IMG/VR virus record: IMGVR_UViG_3300020312_000001
Reading direction: 5' to 3' (one strand)
Source: an uncultured virus (IMG/VR IMGVR_UViG_3300020312_000001)
Lineage: Duplodnaviria; Heunggongvirae; Uroviricota; Caudoviricetes; Crassvirales
Length of the DNA stretch: 64,000 nt
How positions within the stretch are numbered: the first letter of the stretch is position 1; the number at the start of each line of letters is the position of its first letter. The position numbers and the translations under genes are program-made. Positions 59,012 through 64,000 of the stretch are shown one piece after another. The notes beneath the pieces were generated by a model. It was not told the origin of the DNA and made no database searches. It saw only the letters and a program-made list of their open reading frames with translations.

Positions 59012-59406
59012 TAAAACAAATAGATATATCAAACTATCTCTACGTGTTAATAATGCTACTTGCTTTTGGTTGCGGAACAGCTATAGGGCAAGAGTTTATA
59101 AATGGTGATTTTGAAGATCGCATAGCTAAAGATGTTGTGGCTGTAGAGTTTTGGGCTGACTGGAACTCTGCTAATCAATTTAATGACTTAGCTAAATTAA
59201 AAGAGTGTGAAAAATATAGATTAGATATTATGGCGAATTCTGACACTCAAGCCAAGTATAACGTATCTGCTATACCCACTGTTATTATATTTGATAATGG
59301 TGTAGAAAAAGAAAGGTTTAACGCTAATATTATGTTTCAATTAGAAGCTGATAAAAAAACTATACAGAATTCTATTGACACAATAATACTAAATAAATTT
59401 CAATAA
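59008..59406 (+). CDS. exported thioredoxin-fold protein lacking CxxC
   Basis: Hydrophobic N-terminus; 'VAVEFWADWNSAN' where WCxxC would be; cis-Pro loop 'YNVSAIPTVIIFDNG'. Confidence 0.75.
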   Translation: MIKQIDISNYLYVLIMLLAFGCGTAIGQEFINGDFEDRIAKDVVAVEFWADWNSANQFNDLAKLKECEKYRLDIMANSDTQAKYNVSAIPTVIIFDNGVEKERFNANIMFQLEADKKTIQNSIDTIILNKFQ

Positions 59407-59408
59407 TT

Positions 59409-59585
59409 ATGAGTAGTCCATTTCAAAAATCATTTTCATCTAAATCACCAATGAAAAACGACAGTTGGTGGTCTAAGATTAAAAAACAATTTACTCCAAC
59501 AGATTATTCTAGTTCTTCTAACGTGAAACGTAACGTAAAAACAAAAGTGAACGAATCTGGAATGCCTTCTAGAAGAGGTAAATAA
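59409..59585 (+). CDS. small basic protein (58 aa, SPF leader variant)
   Basis: Manual translation MSSPFQKSFSSKSPMKNDSWWSKIKKQF...SRRGK*. Confidence 0.55.
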   Translation: MSSPFQKSFSSKSPMKNDSWWSKIKKQFTPTDYSSSSNVKRNVKTKVNESGMPSRRGK

Positions 59586-59612
59586 AAAAAAGGGAGCCGA
59601 AGCTCCCTTTAT
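59585..59612. terminator. bidirectional intrinsic terminator between convergent blocks
   Basis: A-run, then AGGGAGC-CGAA-GCTCCCT, then a T-rich tail, between genes on opposite strands. Confidence 0.88.
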
Positions 59613-59616
59613 TATT

Positions 59617-59796
59617 TTAACTATTTTTTATAGTCTGAATTTGTTTCCTCACATTCTGAGCAGCTTCCTTAATTGTCTGCATACTCTTTCTAGCTCTAGT
59701 TCCAGCTGATTTATTTCCACCCATAAACTTTTCTATTTCCTCGTGAGCGCTGTGCATTTCATCTTGCATAACGTCTAATAATTCTTCTAAATTCAT
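59617..59796 (-). CDS. histone H1-like (Hc1-family) nucleoid protein
   Basis: Not in the track. Manual translation MNLEELLDVMQDEMHSAHEEIEKFMGGNKSAGTRARKSMQTIKEAAQNVRKQIQTIKNS*; GNKxAGxRARK signature. Confidence 0.75.
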   Translation of the reverse strand: MNLEELLDVMQDEMHSAHEEIEKFMGGNKSAGTRARKSMQTIKEAAQNVRKQIQTIKNS

Positions 59797-59814
59797 ATTT
59801 TATATTTTATTAAA

Positions 59815-61680
59815 TTAAACAACTTCACATGATCCACCAGCACAAGCTAACTCGCCTGATAAATCTGTGTTATCTTCAGCTTCAATAACTTTCGTTAAAT
59901 CTACATTAGATAATACTTTGGACATCTTATTGTATTTAGCTTCGTCAATGTCCTCAAACGGAGCCTGAGTATATGTACCACCATCATATGGTAATACAGA
60001 TAACCCGTTGTAATATTCTCTATTTTCCCACATCCAATCTCCTGCTTTCTTCCATTCATTCTCTTTTAAAGATATCGTAGCTGAAACATTATGAGTATTA
60101 CTACCTCGTCTATGACCAGGTCGTATCCACTCTTGTGCAACACGTTTAACTCTTTCAAGAGTATCAAACGGTGATTCAGTTCTAAGTATTGAACCATCAG
60201 GTGCTTTTTGTGGTATGGAAATAACAGCAGTATCGTGAGGTCTGAAGTACTCATCTTCAATCAATTCCTTATGGTTATTTAATAAATACCCATATATAGC
60301 CTCATTCTTCCCTACGCGCATTCTACGGACATAATAATCATTATGCCAAGCATGAATACCCGAAGATGTTCCGAGGACCAGAGATGTCGTCCCTGCAGGT
60401 TTTACAGTTGTACATCTAGCTGATGAATTAATCCCTATTAGTTTCGCTACTCGTGTATTTTCCTTTGTCACGATATTTGCAGCGGCCTTCATATCCATTT
60501 GGAGCACAGCGGCACTCCCGATTCCTGTCATTGACACACCTATAAGAGCGTCTTTTTCTGTTGTTTCTTTCCATATTTCTCTAAGATAGTGGAAGTCAGT
60601 ATATCCAGCTTGTAATGTCCCTATAAACGCTGCGGCTTTAACTCTAGCGTTTAAATCATCTTGATCTTTAACATTAGATACATTAACTTCACAAAGGTTA
60701 CAGAACTGGAAGGGCCTAAGCGCTATCTCACAGCAAGGGTTTGTACCCCAGTCTTTGTCATTGTTAAGATATATACCAGGCTCTCCAGCTCCAGATAGTT
60801 CAACTCGTTTCCATAGGTCCATAAAAAACTCTTTAGTTATTTTATGTCTCATTAAAACAGCTGAGTTATTAGCTCTACCTCTTTGTGGATTAGTTTCCCA
60901 CCAATTACCAGACTTACAAGATATCATATCGTCGTCAGTAGCAGTAAACAAACTGATTAAAGCAGCTCGTCTAATACCACCAGCTAATACAGCGTCGGCT
61001 ATATGACATATAATATCGTGTACTTCTAGTGATGTTAATGTTGAACCATCCTCCTTTGCTTCTAAAATACCCTCGACCTTTATTAAACATTCTTTTAAAG
61101 GCTGTGGACCAGGTGCTTTACCACCTGATGTCACTAGCCTAGCACCTTTAGGTCTGATGTCAGTATAATCAAATACTATTCTTGAAGCTCTTTTCTCTCC
61201 AAGATAAGATCTAATCAATACTTTAACAGCATCAGACCAACCCTCAATTGAATCACCTATAACAAACCTTCTAGTTCTATTCCTAAAAGGTTTCATTAAA
61301 AACGGTAAACTCTTTATATGGTGCTGTTGAACTGAATATCCAACTCCACATCCTGATAACAATAGAAACATTATCTCGTTGAACGCATCTAAGCTATCAA
61401 CAGGTAGATAAGAACAGTTGTATAATCTATTAGGAGATATTTCAATTGGCTTTCCAGCAAATTGTAAACTTCTCATAGATGGTAATATCTGTTTTGTAAA
61501 CACATAACTATACGCTTTTCTTATTTCAACCTCCAACTCCGGGTATTTCTTAATATGCATTGCCATATTTCTATCCACTAATTCTTCCCAAGTTTCTCTA
61601 CGTTGTAGTTCAGGAATATATTTAGCGTATTTCATATGAACAGTGATATCAGATAAAATGTTACTATTAATTTCTTTCAT
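59815..61680 (-). CDS. nrdJ: class II (adenosylcobalamin-dependent) ribonucleotide reductase
   Basis: LPSMRSLQFAG, YNC, GGIRRAA, TNPCCEI, TTVKPAGT and C-terminal ACAGGSCEV; no beta-subunit gene adjacent. Confidence 0.92.
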   Translation of the reverse strand: MKEINSNILSDITVHMKYAKYIPELQRRETWEELVDRNMAMHIKKYPELEVEIRKAYSYVFTKQILPSMRSLQFAGKPIEISPNRLYNCSYLPVDSLDAFNEIMFLLLSGCGVGYSVQQHHIKSLPFLMKPFRNRTRRFVIGDSIEGWSDAVKVLIRSYLGEKRASRIVFDYTDIRPKGARLVTSGGKAPGPQPLKECLIKVEGILEAKEDGSTLTSLEVHDIICHIADAVLAGGIRRAALISLFTATDDDMISCKSGNWWETNPQRGRANNSAVLMRHKITKEFFMDLWKRVELSGAGEPGIYLNNDKDWGTNPCCEIALRPFQFCNLCEVNVSNVKDQDDLNARVKAAAFIGTLQAGYTDFHYLREIWKETTEKDALIGVSMTGIGSAAVLQMDMKAAANIVTKENTRVAKLIGINSSARCTTVKPAGTTSLVLGTSSGIHAWHNDYYVRRMRVGKNEAIYGYLLNNHKELIEDEYFRPHDTAVISIPQKAPDGSILRTESPFDTLERVKRVAQEWIRPGHRRGSNTHNVSATISLKENEWKKAGDWMWENREYYNGLSVLPYDGGTYTQAPFEDIDEAKYNKMSKVLSNVDLTKVIEAEDNTDLSGELACAGGSCEVV

Positions 61681-61823
61681 TATCGTTTCTTTCTTTTAAA
61701 TATTGTTAAACAAAAATCTACAAGTGGTAGATATATTACATGGTTATGTTTATTTCGTTCGGTATACGTTCTCATTCCAAAAAGTACACCAGGATAAAAT
61801 CCTACGCTAAATTCCCAATTCAT
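61680..61823 (-). CDS. small hypothetical protein (47 aa)
   Basis: Manual translation MNWEFSVGFYPGVLFGMRTY...LPLVDFCLTIFKRKKR*; stop overlaps the nrdJ start. Confidence 0.55.
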   Translation of the reverse strand: MNWEFSVGFYPGVLFGMRTYTERNKHNHVIYLPLVDFCLTIFKRKKR

Positions 61824-61824
61824 A

Positions 61825-62265
61825 TTATTTATTTTTAGTTATTAACTCTATTACCTGATCACATTCTTTCTGGTTTTGAGGCTTATATAAAGTCACATAA
61901 GGTCTTGAAATATTAATCATTCTCTTAAACAGTTTCCATCTCATTGGAAAACTTTCGTTTGCTCGACCTTTACACTCTATTATAAAGTTCTCATTTACAA
62001 AATCTGGTGTGTATTTAATTGGTAATACTTTCTTATCTCCTCTGTTTTTAAATTCTCCTTTTCCATTAGATTGTCTTTCATAACTATCAATTTCAAAATT
62101 AAATCCGTCTATTAAGGTGAATGTTTCTCCTTCGTATTCAGCTTTTATCTTAGCTTTCTTTAAAGCTTGATACATATACCTTTCTAAACTAGAGGCGAAG
62201 GTTATGCCGTCAAACACAACCTTCTTAGACCTAACAGGCCCTTTCTTTTTACGTCTCTTTCTCAT
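61825..62265 (-). CDS. PD-(D/E)xK endonuclease (endonuclease I / resolvase-like)
   Basis: 'FASSLE...YEGE...YTPDFVNENFIIECKG'. Confidence 0.75.
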   Translation of the reverse strand: MRKRRKKKGPVRSKKVVFDGITFASSLERYMYQALKKAKIKAEYEGETFTLIDGFNFEIDSYERQSNGKGEFKNRGDKKVLPIKYTPDFVNENFIIECKGRANESFPMRWKLFKRMINISRPYVTLYKPQNQKECDQVIELITKNK

Positions 62266-62548
62266 TTAACATATCTTTAAGTTCTTCTTGTGCAGTTTGT
62301 ATGTATAATACCGCGTCCATAAGTTCTTCTTGAATATCAATTAAATACTTCATGAGACCTTTTATCTTCGTTGTTCTCTCTTCATGAAGAGTCGTGCCGT
62401 ATTTTTCATAACCAGCGTCTGAACGCTCTTTAAATTTATCAACAACACGTTTTACAACAGGATCTCGAAACTCAGGACTTAAATCGCAATTCAAGCCGTT
62501 GATGGCTTCACTAAACCCTTGTGCATCCATTATTTCTCTACTACTCAT
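62249..62548 (-). CDS. helical protein, possibly related to nucleotide pyrophosphatases
   Basis: 'RSDAGYEKYGTTL...IQEELMDAVLY' has an EExxD helical pattern. Confidence 0.55.
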   Translation of the reverse strand: MSSREIMDAQGFSEAINGLNCDLSPEFRDPVVKRVVDKFKERSDAGYEKYGTTLHEERTTKIKGLMKYLIDIQEELMDAVLYIQTAQEELKDMLNEKET

Positions 62549-62551
62549 ATA

Positions 62552-63364
62552 TTAATCTTTTACAAATGTTCCATTTTTCATTTTACCAGTTCTTTTACTT
62601 ATAACATCATAAGCTGATTCAACACATTCTTCAATTGTTAAACCACAAAGTTCTGCTAAGTTAGTTAATACAACAACCATATCACCGATACCATCTTTTA
62701 TCTCAGCATCATCTTGTTTTAATATAGCTCTACCAACTTCACCAGCTTCTTCCATTAATTTGATATATTGGGTTTTAGGATCTCCATTAGCATATATACC
62801 ACGATCTTCAGCCCAATCTCTAATTTTATCAAAGTAAAAAACCACACCATCATCATGCTCGTAGAAGTCTTCTTCTTTAAATGGAAGTTCATCTCTCTTG
62901 TTGTCTAAATACTTGATCATAGCTTTGTTATAAACATAACATCTATCATTGTTAAACATGGATGTCTTAGCGTTTTTAACTATCCATTTAGTTAGATCAG
63001 TATCTAAATAAACACTACCATGCTCTGTATCCCAGCGCATTTCTAGATTATCCATCAACCGACCTTTGAGCTTGTTGAGTGGACACGGAAAAGTAGTAGT
63101 CTGTTCCGTTACATTTATCTTCATATTCTTTAATTTTAAATTAACACTCAGTTCATTATATGGAATAAGATCAACTTTGTAACCATATTCCTTTTGTAAT
63201 TCTATTTCACGTTTAGATATATAATTTATATCGTCTGATGACTCTAGAATCTCATACTCACCCACCTCATAACCTTGTTGACATTCAACTCTATTGTATA
63301 GGTCGTTTGTAACACCGATCTTTTTTCCTGGTATGTGGTATATTACATATTTATTATCTATCAT
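62552..63364 (-). CDS. MazG-like NTP pyrophosphohydrolase with N-terminal GIY-YIG-like domain
   Basis: C-terminal 'KLMEEAGEVGRA...IKDGIGDMVVVL...KRTGKMKNGTFVKD'; N-terminal 'YVIYH...KIGVTNDLYNR'. Confidence 0.75.
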   Translation of the reverse strand: MIDNKYVIYHIPGKKIGVTNDLYNRVECQQGYEVGEYEILESSDDINYISKREIELQKEYGYKVDLIPYNELSVNLKLKNMKINVTEQTTTFPCPLNKLKGRLMDNLEMRWDTEHGSVYLDTDLTKWIVKNAKTSMFNNDRCYVYNKAMIKYLDNKRDELPFKEEDFYEHDDGVVFYFDKIRDWAEDRGIYANGDPKTQYIKLMEEAGEVGRAILKQDDAEIKDGIGDMVVVLTNLAELCGLTIEECVESAYDVISKRTGKMKNGTFVKD

Positions 63365-64000
63365 AGCTTTTCAATTATATTATCGTAAAGATGTAAGTTG
63401 TGTGCAAAGTGGTAATAACTACCTATTAGTAAACCTGTCTCTGTAGCAACTAATTCCTGTAACTTAGAGAAACAGTATTGATCGTTGCAGAAACCGTACC
63501 ATAAATCATTAGAACGCATTACAACACACATGTCAAGATGTTGAGCTTGAATCGTAAACTGAACAGCATAAGTACATGGAGTGTCATTTGTATAGTGCCC
63601 GTAGTTTATTTCCTTAGCATCATATATACTGATAGCAGCTTGTCTAGTTCTAGGATTTGTTTTAAGCATTGCTATAACATTATCTAGTTGGTTGTCTCTT
63701 TTCCATTGCCAACCATAATTAGAATTAACATTACCATCTTTGTCAGCCATACGTTTCCATATCTCAGGTATTTTACCATATAATTCACCCAGCTTATTAA
63801 TGTTTCTATCACCAGATAAATACCATTGCCATTCAGCTTCAGCATAATCCCATTTCCAATTACGATCTTCATCATCAATCAAGTTGTCCATTGGGTCATT
63901 TATATAAAAACCAACATTAAACAAAGCTTGAGTGTCATCAAATTCAACACCATAATCTTTTATTAATCTTTTGTAATGCTTAAAAGCTTGATTTGCATTT
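63361..64000 (-). CDS. thymidylate synthase / dCMP hydroxymethylase family enzyme (start lies beyond the right edge)
   Basis: NYG, TRQA, DTPCT, MRSND and HNLHLY motifs; the frame stays open from 63924 to the window end. Confidence 0.88.
   Translation of the reverse strand, partial: NANQAFKHYKRLIKDYGVEFDDTQALFNVGFYINDPMDNLIDDEDRNWKWDYAEAEWQWYLSGDRNINKLGELYGKIPEIWKRMADKDGNVNSNYGWQWKRDNQLDNVIAMLKTNPRTRQAAISIYDAKEINYGHYTNDTPCTYAVQFTIQAQHLDMCVVMRSNDLWYGFCNDQYCFSKLQELVATETGLLIGSYYHFAHNLHLYDNIIEKL

Noticed and set aside
7313..59585. Stop-codon reassignment as in some crAss-like phages
   Set aside because: Genes up to 10 kb are intact and tightly packed in the standard code, all three stops terminate genes, and no suppressor tRNA was seen.

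Overview
This window is part of a large, AT-rich, tailed dsDNA phage genome, probably infecting a Bacteroidota (Flavobacteriia-like) host. The host inference rests on a T9SS-type C-terminal signal, an Hc1-like protein and A/T-rich translation starts with no Shine-Dalgarno sequence. Four blocks are visible. (1) 1-6990, minus strand: many small early-type genes, an ATP-dependent DNA ligase, tRNA-Arg(TCT), a ~610-nt ORF-free structured RNA candidate ending in a tRNA-like module, a second atypical tRNA-like element, and nine copies of a fixed-spacing promoter-like motif. (2) ~6350-7230, the strand switch: an extremely AT-rich tract and a G-tract island, bracketed by two TGACA-N33-TGTCA dyads. (3) 7313-59585, plus strand: GroEL/GroES, holin candidate, terminase, portal, scaffold, major capsid, tail proteins, putative ejected proteins (one of 3367 aa), a family of proteins sharing an 'MAFKM/L..G.SP' leader, and a cell-envelope cassette (beta-barrel, LDLa/T9SS cargo, membrane protein, cysteine-less thioredoxin fold). 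(4) 59617-64000, minus strand: Hc1-like protein, class II ribonucleotide reductase, nuclease, MazG-like protein, and a thymidylate-synthase-family enzyme with a dCMP-type specificity residue. All calls come from reading motifs by eye; no database searches or folding programs were run.
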